A DNA stretch of 64,000 bases from an uncultured virus (IMG/VR IMGVR_UViG_3300045996_000435) (Duplodnaviria > Heunggongvirae > Uroviricota > Caudoviricetes), in IMG/VR virus record IMGVR_UViG_3300045996_000435; one strand, given 5' to 3'. A program made the translations under genes and the position numbers. Each line of letters begins with the position of its first letter. Within the stretch, counting starts at the first letter, position 1. Under the pieces are notes generated by a model, which saw only the letters and a list, made by a program, of their open reading frames with translations, was not told where the DNA came from and ran no database searches. Below are positions 37,234 through 46,712 of this stretch, piece by piece.

Positions 37234-37758
37234 ATGTCAAGGATTGTAAAGATAAATGATAAAAAAGCTCCCAGATTTAGGCGTAACAAAGGCGCATATT
37301 GTGTAATCAGTAGAGACCTATATAAGCGGTATAAAGAGAAATATTCAGATAGTACCGTTTCATATAAGGATTTCTCTGCTTTTTTATTAGAGCATATTGA
37401 GTTTATTACAAATACAGTAGTAGATGACAGGGATGGCATTAAGTTTCCCTACTCAATTGGTAGTATTTTTATAGGGGCTTGTAAACCGAACAATAACCCT
37501 ATAGATTATCAAAAGAGTCAAGAATATGGAGTAGAGGTTAAAAGTAACAATTTCGATACTGAAGGGTTAATAGCAAAGATTTTCTTTACAAATTATAGTG
37601 AAGAAAGACGTAGATTTAGAATTGCCCATAGAAAGATATGGACATTTAAACCAGCTAGAAAATTTAAACTTAAGGTTTCGAAGGCTTTTAAGGAAAACTT
37701 TACTTATTATAAACAAGTTAATACTGACGATAAAATTTGGAAAAAAGTTATTGAATAA
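37234..37758 (+). CDS. crAss-type IHF-like DNA-binding protein
   Basis: Basic; KFPYSIGSI and WTFKPARKFK; precedes tail ring genes as in crAss-like phages. Confidence 0.6.
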   Translation: MSRIVKINDKKAPRFRRNKGAYCVISRDLYKRYKEKYSDSTVSYKDFSAFLLEHIEFITNTVVDDRDGIKFPYSIGSIFIGACKPNNNPIDYQKSQEYGVEVKSNNFDTEGLIAKIFFTNYSEERRRFRIAHRKIWTFKPARKFKLKVSKAFKENFTYYKQVNTDDKIWKKVIE

Positions 37759-38423
37759 TGCTAATAGGAGAAATCATATCACGAGTTCGTACTACTAATA
37801 AGTTAGTAGGTGCTGATATTAGGATTACTGATAGGTATGTATATAATCAGCTTACTACTAAACGTAACTATTTTATTAAGCTAGAAGACGATAAAAGAAG
37901 GCTTTTAAAACATACACAATTATTCAAACCTTTAAATGAGGTAGAACTAATTGATGTTAATACTGCAGAAGTTTGTGGTATAGATATTGGTAAGATTATT
38001 AAGCGTACTAGATATAAGTTGCCTAAAATAGTAAAAGCTGGCTATGGTCCAGTTATAAAGAGAGTTTCATCTTTAGATGCTTCTGAATTACTTGTGCAGA
38101 CAGATGAGAATTCATTTAGTCGTAAAGTTACTTTAGACACTTATAAATATGATAAAACTCTGTACTATTTTTTAAAGGATGGTTATATGTATTTTCCTAA
38201 TCTTCCTTGGAATGTAGTTAGTATAGAAGCCTACTTTGAAGACCCCTTTGAAGTAGATAGTTTAAATGATTGTGAAGATAGTTGCGAACCTATGCAAAAT
38301 CGTGAATTTCTCGTTCCTTCTTTTTTAGAGGAAGTTATTATAAAAGAAGCCTCTGAAGAATTAGCAAGATACTATTCTCGTTTAAGAGAGGATTTAAACA
38401 TAAATAAAAATCCTAACGAATAA
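37758..38423 (+). CDS. Tail ring protein
   Basis: YYFLKDGYMY..EAYFEDP; synteny. Confidence 0.6.
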   Translation: MLIGEIISRVRTTNKLVGADIRITDRYVYNQLTTKRNYFIKLEDDKRRLLKHTQLFKPLNEVELIDVNTAEVCGIDIGKIIKRTRYKLPKIVKAGYGPVIKRVSSLDASELLVQTDENSFSRKVTLDTYKYDKTLYYFLKDGYMYFPNLPWNVVSIEAYFEDPFEVDSLNDCEDSCEPMQNREFLVPSFLEEVIIKEASEELARYYSRLREDLNINKNPNE

Positions 38424-39238
38424 TGCTACAATATAGAAAAGCACAACAAATATTTACCTCAGTTGCAGAAGACTTAAAGAGTTATGCAGATGAGAATATG
38501 ATTGATTATTCTACTTTAATTAAAATAATTAAAGAGTGTAATGCTTTTTTAGGTATTCATATTAATCAAGTAAAAGAAAAGATTATAACAATTTCTAATG
38601 GTAAAGGTAAACTTCCACCAGATTTTGTTACTTTAAACTTTGGTCTTTTATGTGGTGAATATAAAATAGTGAGTTCTGCTCCTACTGGTTTTTGTGTAGA
38701 AACTCAAGCAGTTAACAGTTGTCAAACAACATGTTCAAATGAATTTAATAGTCCAGTAACTATTTTCGAATGTTGTAATGAAGGTTATAAAATTATTGAT
38801 GATGTTAGTGTAGCTAAACTAGTTCAAACTTCAAGTTCAATGTTGGGGGGTAAATGCGTTAATGAATTTTCAGATTCTGAATTTGAGTTTAAAATTAAAG
38901 ATGGTTGGATTTATACTAACTTCGAAACAGGTAATTTCTATATTAATTATAACTCTTTAATGGAAGATGAAGACGGGGACCTAATTGTTTTAGATCATGA
39001 TCTTATAACACCTTACTATGAGTGGGCTTGTAAAAAGAAAGTATTTGTAGATTTATATTTAAGTGGAGATGAAAATGTAGAAAGACGATTACCATTTGTT
39101 ACGAAGGAATATGAATTAGCGAAAAGACAAGCATTGCTTGTAAGAAATATGCCAGAATATTATGAACTCCAAGAAGTCTTTAAATATAACAGAAGTAAAT
39201 TCTATAAAAAGTACTACGAGTTCTTCGACCAGATATAA
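38423..39238 (+). CDS. Tail tubular/ring protein
   Basis: GKLPPDF, IYTNFETG, DEDG motifs; synteny. Confidence 0.65.
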   Translation: MLQYRKAQQIFTSVAEDLKSYADENMIDYSTLIKIIKECNAFLGIHINQVKEKIITISNGKGKLPPDFVTLNFGLLCGEYKIVSSAPTGFCVETQAVNSCQTTCSNEFNSPVTIFECCNEGYKIIDDVSVAKLVQTSSSMLGGKCVNEFSDSEFEFKIKDGWIYTNFETGNFYINYNSLMEDEDGDLIVLDHDLITPYYEWACKKKVFVDLYLSGDENVERRLPFVTKEYELAKRQALLVRNMPEYYELQEVFKYNRSKFYKKYYEFFDQI

Positions 39239-39587
39239 ATTTAGTATTGATATTCCAATTCTAGATGCAAAAATTATAATAATCTTTTGTAAAGACTTTG
39301 CTAAAACATTTAATAGAGTCTGTAAAAAGGAGAAAGCAGAACTAGAATTAGAAGGTGGAGAAGATGCAGTATCTATTATATTAGAAGATCCAACAAAGTA
39401 TTATATTATATATAATATAGATAAGTTGGGTTATAATGTACTTACTCATGAAGTACATCATATTACACATTATATTGCAGAATATAGAAATATGTTAGAG
39501 GATACAGAATCAATGGCTTGGTTAAATGGATTTATAAACGAGAAAGTCATTAACTTTGTTCATAAAAAGAATTTAGAGTTAAAATAA
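39162..39587 (+). CDS. Small zincin-like metallopeptidase
   Basis: LTHEVHH..DTESMAWL. Confidence 0.6.
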   Translation: MNSKKSLNITEVNSIKSTTSSSTRYKFSIDIPILDAKIIIIFCKDFAKTFNRVCKKEKAELELEGGEDAVSIILEDPTKYYIIYNIDKLGYNVLTHEVHHITHYIAEYRNMLEDTESMAWLNGFINEKVINFVHKKNLELK

Positions 39588-39588
39588 A

Positions 39589-42500
39589 ATGCAAGAATCT
39601 AAAGATATAAAAACTTCTTTTTTAACCCAAGGATTGAATCAAGATATTCATCCTTCTCTTTTAAAGGAGGGACAATATACTAGTGCTATTAATGCTAAAT
39701 TAAGTTCTCATTTAGGGGATGCTTTTTTTATACAGAATGAACCTTCTAATTTTAAATGTCTAGATTTGGCATTTACATTGATAGGTCATATTAAGATTGA
39801 AGATAGTAAATATGTTATCTTTTCTACTAATGACTTTAATTCTGAAATTGGGGTTTTTAATCCTTTAGAATGTAAGTATACTACATTAGTAAAAAGTACA
39901 TGTTTAGGTTTTAATAAATCTAATTTAATCAGAGGTGTTTATAAAACAAATGCAGATTGCACCACAACTGTATATTGGACGGATGGTTTAAATCCTATTC
40001 GTTATTTAAACATAGATAATATACCTTATAAGTATACAGTTGAGGATGACGTATGTCAAACTAAAACGTATACTAATGAGTTAGATTGTGAAGCTCTAAG
40101 GCTTTTTGGTAAAGTAGAATATCCTGAACTTAGTGTAGAACTAGGAACTGATGGTACTATTAAAAATGGTACATATCAAGCTTGTATTGCTTATTCTGAA
40201 AAAGGTATGAGAGTGACTGACTTTATGGGAATTACACTTCCTTTAAAAGTCTTTTCTCATGAGAATAAAGGTTATTCATTAGATGTTACAATAGATAATT
40301 TAGATCGAAACTTTAGTGAGTATGAGTTGGCTATTATTTATAGGTTAGATGGTGTAACTTCAGTAGACAAGATAGGTTACTATTCGACTGCACAAAATAA
40401 AGTTACTGTAACTACAGTAGGTCAAGGTGCTGTTAATAACAGCCCTTTAACACTAGGAGAAGTAACTACGCAACGTCCTTTTTATGATACAGCAGATGAT
40501 GTTGTAGCCACGTCTAATAATTTGTTTTGGATTAGTCCTACTACTCGTAAAGAGTTGGATTATCAGAAACAAGCTATGGCAATTAAAACTAAATGGGTTG
40601 CCTATAAAGTACCACCTAAATACTATCGCAATAGTGGTAGTAAGGTAGGGTATATGAGAGATGAAGTGTATGCTTTTGGTATACAATGGTTATATGATAC
40701 AGGACATTGGACTCCTGTTTATCATATTCCTGGTCGTAAGGCTACTAATGGTGAAACAAGTTATGCAGGTGGTGGAGATGCGTATGAAGGTCAAATAGAT
40801 ACTTGTGATGAGCCTGAAAAAGCAAAGTATTGGCAAGTATATAACACAGGTAAGATTACTAAGATTCATTCAGGATTCTTTGGTAATTGTGATGAGGGTG
40901 TAGTAGCTGAAGGAGATATGGCTTATTGGGAATCAAGTGAAAAGTATACAGACAATGAATACTTATTTGGAGATGATTCTTGTAAAGCTATTAGGCATCA
41001 TAGAATGCCAGATTCTTCTATTATTCATACTCACGATAATGATATAAATAATAAAGATCCTCATCCTATTATTTTAGGAGTAAAGTTTGATAATATAGAA
41101 AAACCTAAAGATGAGAATGGAGTAGCTTTATCTAATGTAGTTGGGTATAGAATTCTTCGTTCTGATCGTAGAGGTAATAAAACAATAGTTGGTAAAGGTC
41201 TTTTGTTTAATACGGGTTCTTATGAAGATAATGGAGAAAAGTATATTTATCCTAATTATCCTTATAATGATTTAAGAACAGATCCTTTTTTAAGTAAGAC
41301 AAAAACAAAGTTAAACTTAAGTGGAGAGCAAGGATATACTCCATTGGGAACTTATTCTCATACTAAGTTTACTATGCACAGTCCTTCTTTTTCTTTTAAT
41401 AACCCTACATTTGGTACGGAGTTAAAGGTAGAAACAGAAGAAATAGCTACAGTAAATGGTAAGTTTAGTAAAGTATATAAACATCCTAAGTATAAATTTT
41501 TTACTAACTTTGCTGTTGGTGTAGCTCTTGCTATTGGTATAGGAGAAGCTGCTATAGCGGTATTTGGAAAGAAATGTGTGTATGCAGGAAACTTTCCTGG
41601 AGGAATGGATGGTGTTCCTAGACCCTTTAACTATGCTGTTGAATGTCAAACAGCATTAGTTGGAAGAAAAGGTTTACCTGGGGTTGCGTTACCTATACCG
41701 AATTTTGCTGCAATAGGTTTAGCAATGGGCTTTTATATTTCTCAAGGTACGCAAGCAGTAATGATGCTTATGAAAGCCTTGACAAATTTTCAAGATTTTG
41801 CATGGCAATATAATTCACATGGTTTTTATGGTGGTTATGATAGTGTAGATATAGGTAATAAAAGAAGATATATTAATGATATTCAATATTTAATTCCTGG
41901 TATACAGCAAGTAGGTGATGTTAAAGTAAATAACTTTGAACGAGAAGGTTCCGTTTTACTGGAGTTACATCGACCTTTACTTAAAACTAAACATGGAGAT
42001 AATACTAGAAACACTATAAGTGGTTTTGGTATGTGTAATAATCCTGAAGGTAATATAGTAAGTCAAGCTGTTTCATATTATGCTTCTATTAAAAGAAAGA
42101 TTAAAAATCAATATGGACAACTTGATTCTATTAATTATTTAGATACAGGTAATTTACATTATATAACTGATTCAGAATATCAAACTTCAGATGTAATATT
42201 TGGAGGAGATACTTATGTTACAAGGTTTACCGTTAAGCGTAAACTCTCCTATTTTAATCAACGATTGTTTGATGTTCCAGATGGATTTGAGTTTAACTAT
42301 ATGGATTACTATAATATAGCTTATCCTCGTTACTGGATTAATGGGCAAGAATACGATTTTCAGGAAGTAACACAACTTAAGATTCCTAGTTCTAGACATA
42401 ATATGGATTGTCGTAGTTCTAGTGGTCGTTTGTTTTCAGTTAAAGATAGATATTTTTATATGTCTAATAATGGTATTGTTGACTTCTTATGTGAGTCAGA

Positions 42501-44094
42501 ATACAATACAGATTATAGAGATTGGGATGATACTATTAATGGTAGGCACTTTGATATTAGAAGTTATACTGATTTAAAAGATTTATTTAGACAAGATCGT
42601 CATGGGTATGATAATAAATACTTATATGATAGATCTTACTTAAAGCAGTTAGAAGAAACTTTTGTAGCAAAACAAAGTAAAGATTTTAATCCTGCTGTAT
42701 GGGATGCTTGTTATACCAAATTCTCAAATAGAATTATATATTCTTTGGGTGCAGATGAAACTGTTAATAAAGATAATTGGTTAGTTTATTTACATAATAA
42801 CTACCATGAAGGTGCTGGAGAAGGTAATTTAACTACTGTAAGAAACTTTAGTAAAGATGCACTTATCTTTTTATATGATAAAGGTAGTCCTTTTGTTACA
42901 ATGCCAGTAGATACTTTACAGACAGATCTTAATCTAAAGATAACTCTTGGAGATGGAGGTTTATTCGAAAGAGCACCTCAACCTTTATTGTTTACTGAAA
43001 ATGGGTATGGAAGTTCACAATCTAAGTGGTCATGGATTACTACTCAATATGGGTCTTTTTATCCATCACAAAGACAAGGTAGAGTATTCCTCTTTAATGG
43101 GCAGTCTTTAGAAGATATATCCAGACAAGGAATGGAAACGTGGTTTAAAAAGAATTTACCCTCTAAATTACTTAAGCAGATTCCTAATTATAAACATAAA
43201 GACAACCCTATAAAGGGAGTAGGTCTTTTATCTAGTTGGGATAATGAAGATGAACTTTACTACTTAACTAAGATAGATTGGAGAATAGCTGATAATAGAA
43301 TTGCAGGTACAACCTATAATGAAGAGGAAGATTTATTCTATTATAATGGAGTACCGTTTGAATTAGGAAATAGTTTTCTATTCGAAGATGCTTCTTGGAC
43401 TATTAGTTTTAGTCCTAAAACAAAAACTTGGATTTCTTTTCATGATTGGCATCCTAACTGGACTATATCTACAGAGAGTCATTTTATGACTTATAAAGAC
43501 AGAAGTCTATGGAAACATAATGAATTATGTAATTCATTTAATAACTACTATGGTGAACAAAAGCCTTGGGAATTAGAACTTGTGATTAACAATCAAGGTC
43601 AAACAATGATATTAGGTAACCTTGAATGGAATATGGAAGCCTTTAAATATCATGACGATTGTTACAGTCCCTACCATGTACTAGATCATAACTTTGATCA
43701 AGTAATGATATATAATACAGAGCAAAATTCTGGACTACTTAAACTTAATAAACGTTCTAGAAATCAAGTCTTTTCAGATTATCCTATAATTAATGCAACT
43801 AGTGTTGACGTAGAATATGCAAAAGTTGAGCAGTCTTATCGACTGAATCAATTCTTTGACTTAACTAAAGATCGTGGTGAATTTAGTGGTCAAGAATTAG
43901 AAATGTGGGATTGGATGCCAAATGGTTATAGAAAAGTAGTTAAAAAGAATTACTTAAATTATGGTAAGAATCAATATGAAAGAAAAAAATTCAGACATAA
44001 TTATCATAAAGTAATTCTTAGACGTACTGAAAATGACGACGTTAAAATGATTTTTAGATTTAATAAAAGTAAAAACCTCAATTCATTTAGATAA
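39589..44094 (+). CDS. Tail stabilisation / muzzle protein
   Basis: 1501 aa; GLNQD, YWTDG.NP.R, YMRDEVY, FGGDTY, W.SFHDW.P; synteny. Confidence 0.8.
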   Translation: MQESKDIKTSFLTQGLNQDIHPSLLKEGQYTSAINAKLSSHLGDAFFIQNEPSNFKCLDLAFTLIGHIKIEDSKYVIFSTNDFNSEIGVFNPLECKYTTLVKSTCLGFNKSNLIRGVYKTNADCTTTVYWTDGLNPIRYLNIDNIPYKYTVEDDVCQTKTYTNELDCEALRLFGKVEYPELSVELGTDGTIKNGTYQACIAYSEKGMRVTDFMGITLPLKVFSHENKGYSLDVTIDNLDRNFSEYELAIIYRLDGVTSVDKIGYYSTAQNKVTVTTVGQGAVNNSPLTLGEVTTQRPFYDTADDVVATSNNLFWISPTTRKELDYQKQAMAIKTKWVAYKVPPKYYRNSGSKVGYMRDEVYAFGIQWLYDTGHWTPVYHIPGRKATNGETSYAGGGDAYEGQIDTCDEPEKAKYWQVYNTGKITKIHSGFFGNCDEGVVAEGDMAYWESSEKYTDNEYLFGDDSCKAIRHHRMPDSSIIHTHDNDINNKDPHPIILGVKFDNIEKPKDENGVALSNVVGYRILRSDRRGNKTIVGKGLLFNTGSYEDNGEKYIYPNYPYNDLRTDPFLSKTKTKLNLSGEQGYTPLGTYSHTKFTMHSPSFSFNNPTFGTELKVETEEIATVNGKFSKVYKHPKYKFFTNFAVGVALAIGIGEAAIAVFGKKCVYAGNFPGGMDGVPRPFNYAVECQTALVGRKGLPGVALPIPNFAAIGLAMGFYISQGTQAVMMLMKALTNFQDFAWQYNSHGFYGGYDSVDIGNKRRYINDIQYLIPGIQQVGDVKVNNFEREGSVLLELHRPLLKTKHGDNTRNTISGFGMCNNPEGNIVSQAVSYYASIKRKIKNQYGQLDSINYLDTGNLHYITDSEYQTSDVIFGGDTYVTRFTVKRKLSYFNQRLFDVPDGFEFNYMDYYNIAYPRYWINGQEYDFQEVTQLKIPSSRHNMDCRSSSGRLFSVKDRYFYMSNNGIVDFLCESEYNTDYRDWDDTINGRHFDIRSYTDLKDLFRQDRHGYDNKYLYDRSYLKQLEETFVAKQSKDFNPAVWDACYTKFSNRIIYSLGADETVNKDNWLVYLHNNYHEGAGEGNLTTVRNFSKDALIFLYDKGSPFVTMPVDTLQTDLNLKITLGDGGLFERAPQPLLFTENGYGSSQSKWSWITTQYGSFYPSQRQGRVFLFNGQSLEDISRQGMETWFKKNLPSKLLKQIPNYKHKDNPIKGVGLLSSWDNEDELYYLTKIDWRIADNRIAGTTYNEEEDLFYYNGVPFELGNSFLFEDASWTISFSPKTKTWISFHDWHPNWTISTESHFMTYKDRSLWKHNELCNSFNNYYGEQKPWELELVINNQGQTMILGNLEWNMEAFKYHDDCYSPYHVLDHNFDQVMIYNTEQNSGLLKLNKRSRNQVFSDYPIINATSVDVEYAKVEQSYRLNQFFDLTKDRGEFSGQELEMWDWMPNGYRKVVKKNYLNYGKNQYERKKFRHNYHKVILRRTENDDVKMIFRFNKSKNLNSFR

Positions 44095-46637
44095 TGAAGA
44101 AGATTAAGCGAATAAAGAAATATGATGGGGGTGGTGCTATTCCACCTTTGCCCCCTACTATTGCACCTGATGAAGGAATTATAGAACCTTCTGAAGAAGT
44201 AAAATTACAAATGCAAGAAGCTGCTAAGCTATTGCAGACTCCTCCACAAGGAGTACTTATTAATCAGGGTACAGGAGCTAAACTTCCTGAAGATGATTTG
44301 CAATGGTGGAATAAAAGATATAATGAGGAAAAAGGGTATCAGAAGAAATTCGATCACTCTGTTGGAAGGAGTCTTTATGAAAATAATGCTCCAGATTCTC
44401 ATGCATATAACTCTTGGTATAATAATAAGTATGATACTAGGAGTCCAAATAGGTTTGGAGCTATGCTTCGTAATAAATGGAATAGTCCTGATTTTTTTCA
44501 GTATATGAATACTGATGAAGGTAAAGCAATGAATCTTGTTAATTTGGGAATAAATAACTTTGCAGTAAATCGACTTAATAAGCAGAATGATGCTTATCAG
44601 AATTATTGGAAGCGTAAATATCAAACACCAGAAGATGTTGTAGACCCTAATAGATATGGAGATGTAGAAGCACTCCGTTATGGTGGTAATGTATCTGATC
44701 TTGATGACAAGGCTCGACGTAGAGGACAAGCTATGGCTATGGTTAATTTTACACCTCAATTTCAATATGGTGGAGAAGTTAGAACTACTGTTAATGAAGT
44801 AGATAGAGAGAATGCTAATGTTGAAGGAGAGAAAGGAGAATTTATACTTGGTTCAGGTTTAGCTAGAAATCCTTTTGAGGAAGATTCAGCTATAGGGCCA
44901 GGTTTATATCATATTAATAAAGGAAACTCTCACGCTAAAGGCGGTACTAATTTAAAGGCTAGTCCTGGCGATTTCTTTTTCAGTAAAGATCCACAACTTG
45001 CTTTAACTCCTGAGCTTGTTAAAGATATCATTGGTAAAGACAAAACTAAAGTAAAAGATAGAACTCCTGCTGCTCTAGCAAGTTATTATAAAAATCTAAA
45101 TAAGTATATAGCAATGTCGCAGGACGAAACTGTAACTCCATTAGAAAGAAAAACAGCTTTACTTAATGTTAATAACTTTATGGGTAAATTAAGTGAAATT
45201 GCAGTAGCCCAAGAAGCTCTAAAAGGGTTTCCTACTGGTATGCCTTTGTTTGCTGAAAATGCTTTAACTTCACAAGCACCACAACAAGACGTTCCTATGA
45301 TGAGAAGGGGAGGACAACTTCCTAGATATACTACTGGAGGTGTAACAGGTAATGACCCTGGGAAAACTCTTACAGGAATGTCTTTTAACTATACTCCTTA
45401 TGGAGCTAATGGTGGTAAGACTGGTACAGGAGAACTTAATGATATTAATAATCTAGTAGCTGCTTATGGTATAAATAATGGGGATGATCCTTATGCAGGG
45501 TTTGAACAAGATCTTCAGAGTAGAGCTAGAAGTCTTAAATTTAGAACAGATAATAATGCCAACTTTTCTGCAGATTTGTGGGATTATGTACAAAAGAGTG
45601 ATCCTTCCCTAATAAAGAAGATGCAGCAGACTTTTGGATCTTACAATCAAGCAAGTGGAGCAAAATCTTTAACAAGAGATAACTTTGTTACAAACGATCC
45701 GATAGGAGCTAGAACAATGTGGTTATTTAATAATGTTAGACATACTCCAGAGAAAACTGTAGGTGTAGAAAGAAATCGTACATTTACTACTCCTAAAATT
45801 AGTATGCCTCCTATTACTCCAATGAGTGGTGGAATACCTCCTCAAACTCCTGGTAATATACCTCCTTCTAATATACCTCCTGGAAATTTAACTCCAGTAA
45901 GACGTAACTATGCTACTCCAGTAGATCCTCTAATCAATGAAGTGTATGCTGGTTGGGCTGCTAATAGGCAATTTCCTGATAGATATCCAGTAGCACAAAG
46001 ATTTTATGAAGAGCAAAATATAGATGCTTTAATTAATTCTGGATACAAAGATTTAAGTTGGAAACCTTATTTGGATAATACTCAACGTCAAATGAATGGT
46101 ATTAATCAAACTACTGGTAATTCTCCAGTAGGAACTGCTAAAAATCTTGGAGCATGGCAGATGGGATTACAACAAAATAGTGGAGATATTGCTAATATAC
46201 AACAAGGTAATATGCAAAGGAAGATGGCTCAAATACAAGCATTAGTTCAAAATCAAAATGTAAAAGGTCAATATAGACTTCAACATCAAAAGAACTATGT
46301 TAATGAATTGGAAACTCTTGCACATAATAAAGAAACTGAAGCTAAACAAAGAGCTGCTCAAACAAGTACTCTTTTTAATAGCTACGTACAAAGAAGATAT
46401 GGAACACAGTATACTAATGCTATGGCAGATTATACTATGATTGATAGATCTGGTACTGTTACTCCTATGCCAATAGACATTAAGAATGCTATTATGGCTG
46501 ATCGTTCTTCTACACAAGGAGCTGTACAAATGAATCAATTCCAACAAATGCTTCAGATGTATAAACAATATTATCCTGAAGATAAAAATGGACCTGCAGG
46601 AATGATGTTTAAAATGATTAACGGAAGTACTAATTAA
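44094..46637 (+). CDS. Internal virion (ejection/cargo) protein
   Basis: Q/N/P-rich; repeated xxGG motifs; NVEGEKGE..SHAKGG; after muzzle. Confidence 0.65.
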   Translation: MKKIKRIKKYDGGGAIPPLPPTIAPDEGIIEPSEEVKLQMQEAAKLLQTPPQGVLINQGTGAKLPEDDLQWWNKRYNEEKGYQKKFDHSVGRSLYENNAPDSHAYNSWYNNKYDTRSPNRFGAMLRNKWNSPDFFQYMNTDEGKAMNLVNLGINNFAVNRLNKQNDAYQNYWKRKYQTPEDVVDPNRYGDVEALRYGGNVSDLDDKARRRGQAMAMVNFTPQFQYGGEVRTTVNEVDRENANVEGEKGEFILGSGLARNPFEEDSAIGPGLYHINKGNSHAKGGTNLKASPGDFFFSKDPQLALTPELVKDIIGKDKTKVKDRTPAALASYYKNLNKYIAMSQDETVTPLERKTALLNVNNFMGKLSEIAVAQEALKGFPTGMPLFAENALTSQAPQQDVPMMRRGGQLPRYTTGGVTGNDPGKTLTGMSFNYTPYGANGGKTGTGELNDINNLVAAYGINNGDDPYAGFEQDLQSRARSLKFRTDNNANFSADLWDYVQKSDPSLIKKMQQTFGSYNQASGAKSLTRDNFVTNDPIGARTMWLFNNVRHTPEKTVGVERNRTFTTPKISMPPITPMSGGIPPQTPGNIPPSNIPPGNLTPVRRNYATPVDPLINEVYAGWAANRQFPDRYPVAQRFYEEQNIDALINSGYKDLSWKPYLDNTQRQMNGINQTTGNSPVGTAKNLGAWQMGLQQNSGDIANIQQGNMQRKMAQIQALVQNQNVKGQYRLQHQKNYVNELETLAHNKETEAKQRAAQTSTLFNSYVQRRYGTQYTNAMADYTMIDRSGTVTPMPIDIKNAIMADRSSTQGAVQMNQFQQMLQMYKQYYPEDKNGPAGMMFKMINGSTN

Positions 46638-46644
46638 ATAAAAA

Positions 46645-46700
46645 AACTTTAAAAGTTAAGAGCGAAAACTTGTAAACTTACAGAATTTTTCGTATCTTTG
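46645..46700 (+). promoter_or_regulatory. Palindrome plus Bacteroidota-type promoter
   Basis: AACTTTAAAAGTT 46645-46657; CTTG-N20-TATCTTTG. Confidence 0.7.
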
Positions 46701-46712
46701 TATATATAAACT

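Noticed and set aside
9226..46568. Minus-strand and alternate-frame ORFs inside structural genes
   Set aside because: Fully overlap well-supported genes; no motifs
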